DNA of 63,734 nucleotides, the filler included, from Choristocarpus tenellus KU-1152 (taxonomy: Eukaryota > Protista > Phaeophyceae): the NCBI GenBank assembly GCA_964200185.2. It is 8 parts of 8 records of this genome, joined end to end, with 100 filler letters (N's around TTAATTAATTAA, not from the genome) between each part and the next. Parts side by side here need not be neighbours in the genome. Positions count along the whole stretch, not along the records: positions 24,997 to 28,259 come from CAXNAD020021179.1; positions 28,360 to 32,900 come from CAXNAD020014084.1; positions 33,001 to 37,529 come from CAXNAD020014133.1; positions 37,630 to 44,987 come from CAXNAD020006273.1; 4 more parts are not named here. The stretch is one strand, 5' to 3'. A model generated the notes under the pieces. The model was not told the DNA's origin. It did no database searches and saw only the letters and a program-made list of their open reading frames with translations. The position numbers were made by a program, and so were the translations under genes. The first letter of the stretch is position 1, and each line of letters begins with the position of its first letter. Below, piece after piece: positions 24,997-38,155 of the stretch.

Positions 24997-27900
24997 GGTT
25001 CGGTACGGTGGCCATAGGGGGGGGGGCAGGGCAGGTACGCCCTCATGGGCAGGCAGTTGAGGGTCCCACGCTGGTCACCTGCCGTCTTCGATGACCTGCA
25101 GCATGCAGCGTGCTTTTAGCTGTTCCTATTTCAGCTATTTCAGCTTGTCAGGTACTTTTGTATGTACTCTACCTAGTGTGTGCATGTCTGCTCTTCCTGG
25201 GGGTGTTTATTGGTGTATGTTTAAAATGAGTGCTGTAGTGGTGGTGTTAGAATTAAGGGTTAGTTTTATCTCCAGTACGTGTTATGTATGTGTATGTTTA
25301 TGTGCATGTATGTAGTTATGTGTGATTGGTTTGACGAGACCTTTGTGCTGTTTGTTTAGCATCACCTGGCACCAATTGGAAGGTGTGTTATTTACAGCTT
25401 TAGGGTTATGGTTTGTCCAACATCATATTTTTTCTTCTCGAGATGGAAGAAAAAAAAGTAAAGTAAACCCGTCAAAGATTGGTAAGCACTCGACCGATCT
25501 TAAAATGACCCAAATTGTTTTGGTTTTTTCTGATTTTTTTTTGTCAAAAAAAAAGGAGATTCAGCACTGGCTATTAATTGGGGGAGTCAGCAGGTTGCTA
25601 TGGTACTTATGAAGTAATGTCATAGACGGGATGAGCAAAATCCATCATGCCCTCATCAGTTCCCTTCAAGGTTGTGTAGTAATCCCAGCCCCCCTCTACC
25701 ACTGACTCAACCAACACATGTGCTCCGTGAGTAACCCTCTTGCCTGCCCCTGCCTTTTATCATCCCTTGAGTGATCTAAACTGGAGGGTACTGGCAAAAA
25801 GTGCAATACTTGTGTGGAAATCATTGCTCAGATAGTTACATTTTTGATGAAAAAGTTCATGATGTAACACATTCCAGGCATCCCTTAACCTCAAAATCGA
25901 AGCGGTTTGCAGTGGTCTTTTTTGGAAGGCGTTATTGTTAGCTACACTTTGGAGTGTTTCTAAGGTAGTTTCAAAAAGGAAGGTAGAAATAGGTGTTGTC
26001 AAAGATGACAAATCAAAAATGAACAGGATTCTATACTCCGAGGGCAAGAACACGATGATGGCAGGGCATCAAAACAGCAGAAGAATGCCTTCGTGTAAGG
26101 GAGACAAAAAGGGTTGCACCATTAAAATAGTTTCTGGTCATCTCCAGGGAAGTAAGCACGGAATTGAGGAAGAGTCAGTGCAATGGTGTGAGTGTGAAAG
26201 GAACTGATCATGATATTAAGCACTCCGATCTTTGACCATATGCCGTTGGGTGTGCATAACTTGGTGGAACAATGACCCCATTTTGTGTTTGTCTGGAGAT
26301 ACACAAAAATCGCTTTTACACATATGTATTGTAAGGTTGTGTCATACCAATCCGCTAAAAAATTGCCGATTTTGTGATACTCAGCATCGATCGGGAAATT
26401 TCCAGGTAAATTGGGAGCCAGTCTGTGGAAAAAATGCTTCCCCACCTTTAATAAAACAATTTTGGTTCCTCAGTCCAAGAGGAAAACATGCAAAGATGGG
26501 ATATTTCGAGCATCCATTTCAACTATACCCACCCACAACATGGATGTGTGTAGGGGGTACACGATTGCAATGCATAGAAGAAACCGATGTTTCAAAAAAT
26601 TAAAAGGATGCCCGGCAAAACGCCTTCCCATTTTTGTTCTTTGTTCCAAGACCAGAGTGTGTGTGCGTACTTGGGTATGAAGTATAATAACATGATAGTA
26701 AAAGAGAAGAAAAGGGTGGGTAGCTAGCTAAATTGTCCTCAACAAAACAGTACATCACTGTAACCAAAGATGTCCTTCTCGCCAACACCAACAAAAAAAC
26801 AAAAAACAAATCGACAAAAAAAATCTTGCCTGCCTGTCTGCCTTTATTCCTCCTCTTTGTTACCAAACTTTCTCAAATGTACTTAGTTGAGAAGACGAAC
26901 AACACAGTAAAAAAAATAATAACATACAACAAGAGCTGAAAACACCAACCTACCCACTCTCCACTGGAGGAGCACAGGGACGGTCACATACATTAAAGAA
27001 ACACACATGCCTGACCCAGGTAGTTCTGGAAAGAGCAGTGTGCACCATAGCAAGCAAAAATAGTATAGTGTGGCTGGATATCAGCATATCACAACGCCAT
27101 CCAGAAAATTGAAAACTGGGGTATAGTAGACTGGTGAGGAAGGTTATGCCTCCCTCTCAGGTGCCAAACACGCCTCCTCCTCAACTCAGGGGGTTGAACA
27201 AAGGCACAAGGCAATGCAACACGCCAATCTCATTGGAAGGGGAAGAGATCATCCTCCTTCCTTTCATACTTCTCAACACTATTGATAGCTGCAAAATCTT
27301 GCAGCTAGTGTAATAATGCACACACCACATGCCAAGCAACAGCCAAAAAGGCGTGGGGAAGGAGGTTTGGAAGGCGTACCTCCATTTCACTCCTCAACCC
27401 ACCTGTCCACCAGCAACAACTAAACCCCAAAAGGAGGTCAACACATCCACTATCATACTTGTAGCAAGCAAAAAAGAGAAACACCTCAAAGCTACCTGAT
27501 TCATTCATTCATCCATTCCACCCAACACTTTCTGCATACCACAAGAAAGAGCCGGTGCACAAGTATCACACCAGTCCCACACCCCGTTACACCTGCAGCT
27601 AAACATGACAGCAAAACAGGTATGTAAATGTACAGCTACCTGTCTGCTGAATACGCAAGCCTCCCTGACAGAACTAACAACATCAACACTCACCCCCCCT
27701 GCCCACGCCCCCCTCCCGCCCCCTTGAAAATCATGGAGTAACTACCTGCAGAGTATCCAATGACTGATATATCCAATTGTGTTGTAACAACAATGTCCTC
27801 TCCTTCTCGTGCCCCCTTCACTTTAAAGTCTCATTCAAGTGCTAGAAAACATTTGCAAGAGAGGCAAACAGGATTTCTTCTTCTTTTTTTCCTACTTCTG

Positions 27901-28259
27901 CCACCCCCTCGCTAGGAATAGAGTGCTACTTTTTTCACATCCAAATCTTCTGTACCAATGGCCAAGCGGGGAGGAGGTTGAAACTATCAAAACCATCAGC
28001 ACTGCTCCTTCTCTTTCTATTCTGGAATAGGGGGGGGAAGGTGGAAGGGCGTGAAACTAATTTCCTATGGGTTCCTTATCTATAGGATAAGAGGCGTATT
28101 TATACGATTTGTTGGTCGGAGTACATGATACACACATCTACTGTGCATTTTATTTATTATGCACTGCTACTACTACCCACATTCCCACTCCCTCCCCTTT
28201 ATTAGAGCTAGACCCCGTGGATTGCACATCTCTCTCAGATCATCATGGACAGCAGGGGG

Positions 28260-28359
28260 NNNNNNNNNNNNNNNNNNNNNNNNNNNNNNNNNNNNNNNNN
28301 NNNTTAATTAATTAANNNNNNNNNNNNNNNNNNNNNNNNNNNNNNNNNNNNNNNNNNNN
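28260..28359. other. Artificial contig linker
   Basis: Same 100-bp linker. Confidence 0.99.
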
Positions 28360-31300
28360 CATCCTCTGCACTGATGGAAGGGAGTCCAAAGTGTGCCCTC
28401 ATGAGGTACTCCCTTGACCCGTTGAACTGCTTGATACTCCACACAACCTTGTCCTATAGAAATATCAACATCATTATCAGCATCATCATTAACAGTAATG
28501 CAGTAATAAGGACTAGGGTTAGGGTTAGGGCACGATTGATCCACCACATCTTTACCACAAATTGCATATATAGGTGTAATGTACATGACGGCGAACTCAA
28601 GTGATTATAGGGTTAGGGATATTTTATTCATACTTGTAAGTGGGAATGATTTAACAGGGCTTTTGAAAAAAAGAAAAAATAGTTGTGAAAATAAAAAATA
28701 AAATAGTAAAAAATTGCTAATGATCGGAACAAACTCAATACAAAACATATCTCACTCGCGCTATGCACTCCCCCCTAACCCTCTCCCTCAACATTCCCTA
28801 ACCCTAACAATATGACGTACTCGTGGCCTATCTTGGTTGAAACTCTAACCCTAACCCTAACAATATGACACACTCGTGGCCTATCTAAGATTGTTGGTTG
28901 AACAGTCCACTAAGATTCACAGCACTATTATATCACAGAGAGCTCGCACAACCCTAACCCTAACCCTAACCCTAATCCTAACTAACCCCAACCCAGTAAG
29001 ATTCACAACATCATTATATCACAGAGAGCTTGCACAACCCTAATCCTAATCCTAACCCTAACACCAACCCAACAGGATTCACAACACTATTATATCACAG
29101 GGAGCTCAAACAACAACCCTAACCCTAACCCTAACCCACCTGATCAGGAAGGTAGGTGACATTTCCAATGGAGGACTTGAAGCTGGGTGAGTCCACATCA
29201 TTGGGAACAGGTATAATGATCTCCACATTGTTGGCAATGGAACGTGACTTGAACTGACTCTTAGCCTGCAATAACAACAAAAAATCAAAAAGAATAAAGG
29301 TCAAGCCTTTTTTCACAGAATGCACATACTGCAATATATATAAATATCTATCTAAAAATATCTATCCATATACATACATACATATATATATATATAAAAT
29401 TAAAAATATACCAAAAAAACAAAAACAGCGTGCATACACAATTGTAAAAAATAAAAATACATTCAATAAAAATAATTTTCTTGGTTTAGAACACAGACGA
29501 GCCTTAAAACCCAACCCTAACCCTAACCCTAACCCTAATGCTAAGACACTGTAAATAGAGTATTACCTATTGTTCTCGCTATAGGAGCGATTTTTTCTTA
29601 ACAGTACCTCAACAGTGGGTCAAAAAAGAGGACTACATTTAGGGTAAGGGTTTTCTACAAAAGTTCCAATATGCAGGAGCAGGAAGGCCCCCCAGTAAAA
29701 CCAGAAAAATCCCATAGAATTCCTGGGAAAAATCCTCACTGTTGGTGACCAGAAGTTACCTCAGCAAGCGAGCTGATGGGACATTATATACACCAACGAA
29801 GGGCCTCTTACATAGGATAGTCACACCACCTTCACCAAACATCAACCCCCTAACCCTACTTCAATTCCTGACTTGAACATTAAAGGTATACCTTTATCAT
29901 GTACTCGATTCGACTGTGAGAGTGCGGTTCCACCACCGCCTCCACCCAGATAAGGGGTTTCACGTGAGTAGTGAGGCGGTAAGTCATCAGATCAAACTCC
30001 CCGTCCGGCGGGATGAAGGAGATGGTCCGGTCGTTCTCAAACCTTGCGAGGCGTACACACCTGATAAAAATAATAATAATAATAATAAAACACACACACA
30101 CATACACACACACACACAAACGTGTATCATCACGGATCATGATGATAAAGGTTAGGTCCGTAGGATTATCAGTAATGACAGTAAAAGCAAATTATATCTC
30201 TTGTACAAAATATATATAATAGGAATAGGAATAATTAAATTAGAATAAATACGAAAATAGGAATAGGAATAATTAAATTAGAATAAATACGACAATAGGA
30301 ATTTGAATATGAACAGCATCTACAGAAAAATGTAAGGATGGAGTATCAATATCAGACGCTCTCTTCCTTCTGACCGTGTCCTATAAAATCCACTCACTGG
30401 TGGAACTTGATATCCTCAAGTTCAACTGCCTTCCCCTTGCCAGCGGCCCTCCCTGCAGACTCAAAGAGCAGCTTGTCATTCAGTCCCAGCTTGAGTTCTG
30501 GCATGCCTGACAAAAAGGACTGAAAGAAACGCAAACATATCGGATCATTGGAAGAGATACAACATATCGTATCGTTGGAAGAAACACATACATATCGGAC
30601 CATTGGAAGAGATACAATCATATCGGATCATTGAGAGAGATACAGAATATCGTATTGTTGGAAGAAAAGATACATATCGTACCATTGGAAGAGATACAAT
30701 CATATCGGATCATTGAGAGAGATACAAAATATCGTATCGTTGGAAGAAAACATACATATCGTACCATTGGAAGAGATACAATCATATCGGATCATTGAGA
30801 GAGATACAGAATATCGTATTGTTGGAAGAAACACATACATATCGGAAAATTGGAAGAGATACAAACATATCGGATAGTTGGGATAGGGCCAAGAGTCATA
30901 TGAGGTACATACGTCACCTCTGTTTTCATTGATTAGGACTGACAGGTTTTCTACTACATTTAGTTTTCCTTTTTTAAAATGGGACAAAAAACGGTACAAT
31001 ATATATATATATTTATTTATTTTTAATTCAGATATTTGTTGGCAAGCATCTCCTAAAATGCAACCCTAGGTACCTCTCGCTTACTCTAACAAAAAATAAA
31101 TTAAAAGGGGAACAAGCAGTAACAACAAGGGGAACAAGTAATAACAAAAAGGGGAAGAAGCAAAACAAGAAAAGGGAGGAAGCAATTATCAAAAAAAGGA
31201 GCAATAACAGAGAGGAGAATAAGTAATAACAAAAAAAGAACAAGCAACAACAAGAAAAGGGAAAAAGCAACAACAAGAGTAGGGAAGGAGCAATAACAAG

Positions 31301-32204
31301 AAAAGGGAGGAAGTAATAATAACAAAAAGGGAAGGAGCACTAACAAAAAGGGCTTCCAACAAACACCAAGAAGATAACACCGGATGTATATATTTATATT
31401 TATTGTAAGTTACGAAATAAATCGATTGGTGAAGGCAATATATACAGTTTGCTCCTACACCAATGACAACACACACCAATAATAACAATACCAATAATTA
31501 GGGTTGTATGGTTCTTGGACAACATCAACACACAATACGTACCAGTCACTTCAATCTCTATAGGGTTAGGGTTAGACTCCACTACAACAACTTGTCTTCA
31601 ACTGTAAAACTGTTGTGCAAACCCAGCAGACTCTCATCCCTCTTCCGACGAAGCCCTCTTCTCAACAAACCTTGACACAAACAAACCCTAACCCTAACCC
31701 TAACACACATTTGCAGTGGTCAGGATTAGGGTTAGGGTTTGTTGGTGCAGAACGTTGAGATTCTGCTAGTTGCGTGATTTAATCAGGTTTTAATCAGGCG
31801 TTATGGGAAAAAAGTAAAACTCTCGAGCTATCATTGTCAGGCGTTATGTTATGCCTCTACATCTCTTGGGATTTTGAGATTATCATATATTTACTATAGC
31901 ATAGCAAAACACTTGCAGTAGAGACGGAGCACTCATCCAAAACAACAGCTTTGCCACGATGTTTCCTCAAAAACACTAGTGCTAGGAACTCAAATGCAAA
32001 CCTTTGTAAAAAAAACACATGAAAACGAAATGGTTTTCTTATTTCTTATTTTATTTCTAGAATAGGAGTATCGATCTGGGCACTTCTTTATATTTATTTT
32101 ATTTTAGTTTTTTTTTTCTTCACCTTCATCTTAACCGCCCCCATGATCTCAGAGTGAAGCACAGTTCCATTGGATGACTCCAACAGATTCAGCTTCTCCA
32201 CCAC
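28360..32204 (-). CDS. AP1M1: AP-1 adaptor complex mu subunit, internal exons (partial)
   Basis: Exons 32204-32124 (VVEKLNLLESSNGTVLHSEIMGAVKMK), 30519-30398 (SFLSGMPELKLGLNDK..ELEDIKFHQ), 30060-29892 (CVRLARFENDRTISFIPPDGEFDLMTYR..), 29265-29140 (AKSQFKSRSIANNVEIIIPVP..) and 28453-28360 (DKVVWSIKQF..YLMRAHFGLPS). All GT-AG and in phase. Confidence 0.97.
28790..29137. repeat. Intronic composite repeat: (CCCTAA)n tracts alternating with short duplicated spacers
   Basis: Three copies of AGATTCACARCAyyATTATATCACAGRGAGCT, each followed by CCCTAA tracts. Two copies of CCCTAACAATATGAC..CTCGTGGCCTATCT. Confidence 0.85.
30535..30875. repeat. Intronic minisatellite, 82-bp higher-order repeat of three ~27-bp subunits
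   Basis: CATTGGAAGAGATACAATC recurs at 30601, 30683 and 30765. Confidence 0.9.
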
Positions 32205-32224
32205 CTGCTCAGATTGATATTAAT

Positions 32225-32835
32225 ACCAATACTATTCATATTGTTACTATTATTATTATTATTATTATTATCATTATTAATACTATCACTATTATAAATA
32301 TTACTATTACTATTAACATTCATAATAGTAGTGCTGAATATAAAAAACAAAAAAATATATCGCTGATACCTACTGATACATACATAGGTCGTATCAAATA
32401 TTGATATTATTGCTGAATGAACTACAAGCTGATATCGATATTATTATTGAATGAACTACAAGCTGAAGTTGATATTTGTATTGAACTAACTCCAAGCTGA
32501 TGTTGCTACAAGTGAATCCAAAAGATTTCGACCTAATTTTTCTTTTTTATATACGCCCTCTTTGCTGCATGTCTACACTTCATCCTCTTCTCACCAAATT
32601 CATCACACACGTGCATCCATTCTTTCTTTCCACTTGCAATATTATTGTAATTATATTGTTAGTATTATCATTATTCTTGATATTTTTGTTATTGTTATTG
32701 TTAGTATTATCATTATTCTTGATATTCTTGTTATTATCATTATATTATTATTATTATTGATATTTTTGTTAGTATTTTCATCATTATTATTATTATTATT
32801 ATCATCATTCTCGATATATTTTGTTATTATTACCA
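32225..32835. repeat. (TAT/ATT)n low-complexity tracts plus a short ~37-bp tandem repeat (about 32400-32500)
   Basis: Degenerate trinucleotide runs; GAACTACAAGCTGA repeated. Confidence 0.8.
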
Positions 32836-32900
32836 TCCTGTACGCAGTCTTCCTTCGTCAAAAAACCCCCCAGCAATTGGGGTCAAGTATCTGGGGGGGG

Positions 32901-33000
32901 NNNNNNNNNNNNNNNNNNNNNNNNNNNNNNNNNNNNNNNNNNNNTTAATTAATTAANNNNNNNNNNNNNNNNNNNNNNNNNNNNNNNNNNNNNNNNNNNN
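32901..33000. other. Artificial contig linker
   Basis: Same linker; preceded by a truncated MITE-B end (GGGTCAAGTATCTGGGGGGGG). Confidence 0.99.
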
Positions 33001-35763
33001 GTCCGGAATGCTCAACTCCTCAAAGAGACTCTCCTCCTCCTCCAGGTTCTGTACACGCCCAGTGCTGGTCCCACGCATGCCGGTCCTGGACACTGACCCT
33101 TGTTCCGTGTGGTCCACAACCTACACCGAAATAGGATTTACTTTCAAAAAGAAAAATCAAGCATCCACGTATCTCAGAGACCTATCTAGGACAATAGCAC
33201 TTAGTACATTATAGTACAACTATTATAGGTGAGCTTGTGTGTCCTTCAAACAGATATAAAGTCGAAACATGTTTGTCATTTATGGAGTACACATCAAAAG
33301 GTACTCATGTCCACCTGTATTTTTTTTGACAAAAACAGATACAATAAAACCACTTCAGCCCCAAACAGGGACTGGTTTGGTAAGTATGTAGTATCTTGGA
33401 TCTGTCTGAAAAGGGTATTCCTCTCCTTCCGTGCTGCCTTGAAAACAAAGGTTAGCTCGGAGAGAGAGAGAGAGAGAGGGGGGGAGGGAGAGAGAGCAAT
33501 ATATACGTATGTGTGTATACAATGAATACTATAAGCACGCAGACTGTTAGGTCAACAAAGTTGTCAGAATGGCAAGGATAGGTGTGTGGGGTGGGGGTGG
33601 AGGAGAGATTGAAGTCCAGCCGACGAATTAATAAAAAAAAACAGGACAAACTGGTCCCAAAGGCATCTCAGTCAACATGCAAGAATAAGGGTAAAAATTA
33701 GCTCCACCCCAAAAACGCTGGGTAAAAGTACCACAAAGTACATTACCGACCATTCTAGGTAGGTGCATTCCACTTCTCTCAATCTAGCTATAATTTCTCT
33801 AGTCCTTCTGCTTGCCACCTCGCCCCATATTATAACCCTAATCCTGGTCACCCGTAAGAATGAAAAAATGGCATGATTTCTAAGTGAACTCAAGAAGAAA
33901 TGAAGTCAAATGGAGGTAGTTGTAATAAAGCCCAAACAACTTTCTCTTTCTCTCTCTCTCTGGGAGCCCAACTCTCAATGCCTTCCCACCAACCCAGCTA
34001 AAATGGCTGCTAACAATCACTGTAGAATAGTACACCTCCCAGTACACCTTACCTTGACTCACCCTTCAAAAGAACTGTACACTGAACCAATCGGTGGTAC
34101 AACAATTGTGACTTAAGGCGATGCATCTTTGTACCATCAGGCTGCAATGCAGAATTTTGAGGCTCAACCAGCACAGGACAGGCGTTTACATAAACCCTTG
34201 GCCAGTATAACCATCCCGAAAAGTATAAATGGAAACATTTCTCTAAATTTTGCAAGAGATTAGGCTTCCACTTTGAACCAAAACCCATACTCCACCATGC
34301 ATCTGTACCAGCTATATTAGTTCCTACCCTGCACACACCATATGACCAGTCTCCAAGTCATGCTCTATATATTTATGAGTGTGTGTTCAGTTATACCTCT
34401 TCTGACAGCTGGACCATGTGGTCCTTCAGGAGTTCCCCCCAGTAGCGCTCTAGGCAGGTCAACAGGACCTCTCCATTTGACAGCCCCTCCTTGGGTACCT
34501 AAGAACACAATGCAACGATACATAAACAGTTCATGTTTATACAAGTTCAAAGCACCACAGAAATTTCAATACTTTAACCAAGTACCACAAGAGTTGGACC
34601 AAGGATCATGGGGGGTTAGGGATATAACTGCACTAACCCTGTCGATCTCGTTGGGCATTGAACAAGAAATAATAAAAAGAGGACGAGGAACGTGGGAATG
34701 AACCCTACCACTATGAATAGCTGGAGTCAGAATGTACCACAAACGTTCCTCAGGTTTTGAACGTATTTCACAACCCCCCCAACACCCTTTCCCACGCCAG
34801 GCTTTCACTCCCTCCTTACTCCTATTCTACCTGCATGTGGCATCTATCATAATCCCAACCCTGCTGAGTGAAACCGACTTCACAGAACTCACCTCATATG
34901 TGAACCCAAGACGGCCTATGAGTCTGCCATCGCGCACCCTAAAGACCTTGTTCGTGCAGGCATCATAACAACGTTTAAGGATACAGGACAAATTTGGTAA
35001 ATATGTATCAAGAGAGTTCAGAGCTATTAATTCGTGTATTTCATCCCCCCTCCCCACACACACACACGGATACACTTCCACCAGCTCTAACCTGGAAGCA
35101 GGCCAGCCCATTGGCCAAGCCAACAGCGGCAATGTCCCTTTTGAGCCCAGCACTTGAGGTCTTCCCATCTGGGCCGAAGTGAAGGGCCGACCCCAATAGG
35201 CCACTTTGTACCAGATTTATCTGTGACTTCACCTCTCCTGCACGCTCAAAGTCCTCCATGGCTGACGCCTCTTCCATCCTGCTCCGTAGCCGAATCAAAA
35301 GCTCACCCCCCTAAAGAGACCAATAATAATGAAAATATTGTGGTCGTAGCAGGGGGGATAATCAAGGAGTACAATTGCTATAATAATCCATTTATATATA
35401 TGCACTAAGTGGTTGCAAAATGTGTGTAGGTATCATATGAATCACTGCCCTGTATAGACTGAAAGATTGAAGTGCTATCTAACCAACACAAAACAAAATT
35501 CAATCTCATCAACAACTATGAGCGTCCTTGCAGCTCAAATAGTTAAATATCATTGCTCCTTCAAAGTCGTGTGCGCACAGGTTTGGACCAGACACTAAAG
35601 AATGACATCCATGAAGAGTAAGAGTATAAGCAAAGGGTTGCCACACCTGTCCCTTGAAGACCATCTCTGCATGGTGGACTGTCTCCCTGTACTCCTCCAT
35701 GGCAATCAAGCCTTGGCAAGCCCCTGGGCAGATACCCATATCATAGTTGAGACATGGCTTGTC
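33001..35763 (-). CDS. uvrC: UvrC-like excinuclease subunit, internal exons (partial)
   Basis: Exons 35763-35647 (DKPCLNYDMGICPGACQGLIAMEEYRETV..VFKGQ), 35310-35092 (UVR motif MEEASAMEDFERAGEVKSQI..RDIAAV..ACFQ), 34946-34893 (VFRVRDGRLIGRLGF) and a probable exon 33120-33001. All phase 0 with GT-AG, in UvrC domain order. Confidence 0.88.
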
Positions 35764-35915
35764 CTGCAGGGTACACAGCAGCACAAAGGGAGACAAGGCT
35801 GTGTTTGGTTCGGGTTGTCTTTTGGGGGAAGGGGGATGGGGCTAGAGTATCAATAGTTGCGAGAATGTGGTGCAGTGTTGAAAGGATGGCAGGAGTAGAG
35901 TGAGGGTAAGGAGGA

Positions 35916-36186
35916 GACTCAAAGTATGTTAGGGTTAGGGTACGAGTTTTACCCTGTTTGTCCGTTTGGGGCTTGGCTTCCCATGAGTTTTTTGGGGGTT
36001 TTTATGACATTTTCCAACTCGGAAATGTTTTGGAGTAGGTGAAATGTATACCTTATGAAAAGGTTTGTCTGGAACAAGGATATTGACACTCCCTAATAAA
36101 CACGATAGTCAAATTATATCAAAATCGGAAAATTGGATTTTGGCCCCCAAATGGACGTGGCTCCACCCTCAAAGATACTTTGACTC
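35916..36186. mobile_element. MITE family A copy in a uvrC intron
   Basis: GACTCAAAGTATG... to ...AAGATACTTTGACTC. Flanks AGGA/AGGC. Left TIR altered by a TTAGGG insertion. Confidence 0.85.
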
Positions 36187-37529
36187 AGGCGTTGCCCATA
36201 ATGGAACCTCTCAATACAATGCACTCAACCTCATTTATCATCCCGCAGCACTGTCATTATCAATACTTGCTGAAGTTGTACTACTGTTGAAAAGTGCTCA
36301 AATGTACCCAGAGTATATGCTCAAGATGTGAAAGCTTCAGCACATACAAATATCTACATATTCTAGGGGTATGGGAAGAAACAATTGAAGAGCACACATA
36401 CTATATAGTGGTAATTGTCAAGTGCAACTATCTAGTCGTGCATCTCCATCTCCATGCAAAAACAGAATAGCTAGGTGAGGGTTGAACAGCACCAATTAAA
36501 ATCTGGAGGGGAAGGATCCAAGATGACTCCAACAACACCTATTGTACTGCACTACTGTACTGCACACCACAGCACCACATCAACAGAATCATTGATACCT
36601 ATGGTAGTGCATGAAAGAAAAAAATATAAAACCACCTCCTCCAAAAGTACAGACCAACAACAAACACTATCACTACACAGTATTGCTAGTCGACAAATCC
36701 CAATAAATGAAGCTCATGGTGAATGAAGATCTTCATAATTGTTTGTACTCACATTGGAGGTTTTGACTCTCTCGCTGTGCAAGGATAGAAAGTAGTTATA
36801 ATAAAAGGGCTACCTCTGCTCTACCTCACTCCTCCATAAGCATAGTAATCACAATCGCACACCTATCTATGTAGCTATTCATACTAGAGCAGCTCTTCCT
36901 GAAGTACCCTAAGACAGCTTCATGTACTGTGAACAGCTTCTGGAATCCTGAGGGATTCAACAGCAATCCTCCCAGAAAACCGGAGAATTCAATCCACCAT
37001 GATTTCCGCTGTGATAAGATAGGAATCAATCTACATAGTACAGGACAGCACGGCAGTATAGGTTGATATATTGACAGCAAAAGTATATAGTATATCATAC
37101 CTTGAGATTAAAATCTGTTTCTCTTATTGCTGGACACCTCTGCCTATCCGATAGGCCAAAGCAGTTTCTAACGCCGACAATGATCTGTCAGAACTACTAT
37201 TAACTACTCCGTAGTAAAATAGTACTAGTACTAGTACCTGTTCCAGTACCACTCTTGCCATTCCCTGTACTATGCCTACTTAATTCTATACTACATGAAT
37301 TTATCTGCCGCTGGTGGAGTCTGTAGTATAGTCTCGAACAGCTCAAGTACACAAAACCCAACGATAGGTTGCCACAAGTGAATGCATACTACGCAAGGCC
37401 ATCAAAGGGTAACAACAGGTAAACGTGCGCCAAAGCTAAGTCTAACCCTCCCCCCACTGTCTGAGTTTTACCACCCCGAAGAATACATACCCCCAACCGC
37501 TCCGCCTGCATCCACTCCACACACACTGC

Positions 37530-37629
37530 NNNNNNNNNNNNNNNNNNNNNNNNNNNNNNNNNNNNNNNNNNNNTTAATTAATTAANNNNNNNNNNNNNNN
37601 NNNNNNNNNNNNNNNNNNNNNNNNNNNNN
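37530..37629. other. Artificial contig linker
   Basis: Same linker. Confidence 0.99.
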
Positions 37630-37741
37630 TTTAATAAACGTTGGATTGTTAAAGAAAGTTTCCTTTTTCGGGTTTTGGTCTAAATGGGACCCCTGGGTTA
37701 GACCCCCCCCCCCCCCCCCCTCCCCCCAGATACTTTGGGTC
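37630..37741. mobile_element. MITE family B, truncated at contig start
   Basis: Ends CCCCCAGATACTTTGGGTC. Confidence 0.75.
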
Positions 37742-37971
37742 ACCTCGTCCCTCCACACAAAATGTAGAATACTTTTGAGGTGCAAAGGTGAAAACATACA
37801 GTGACGGGTGTAGGGGACATATGAAGGGCTTGATGGTCTACATATCCTCATTACTTGGGTTCTTGTTTGAGCAATACAAGTTGGAGAACCGAACTACATT
37901 GATGATATCCCCAGCCTTGATTTGATGCTTGCATGGTTTGCACTTCGTATGGTATACCAAAACAGAATTCT

Positions 37972-38155
37972 GGGTCAAAGTATCTGGGGGGGGGGAGGGG
38001 GGGTCGGCGTCCGTTTTTCACCCTTTTTTCGATTTTCACGTTTTTGTTGTGATTTGGTCGAACGTGTCGGATTTGAAATGTCAAAAAAAAAAAGTTGTTT
38101 GACCGAAACAGATGCCCCCTCACAAACCACCCCCCCCCCACAGATACTTTGACCC
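37972..38155. mobile_element. MITE family B-related copy
   Basis: Perfect GGGTCAAAGTATCTG...CAGATACTTTGACCC TIR, flanked by TCT/TCT. Confidence 0.88.

Noticed and set aside
30700-30999. NVVENLSVLINEN and ISSNGTI peptides resembling AP1M
   Set aside because: The real exon is at 32124-32204; these are chance intronic or minisatellite translations.
31028-32948. Hydrophobic 'membrane protein' ORFs
   Set aside because: Translations of AAC/AAG and TAT microsatellite-like intron sequence.
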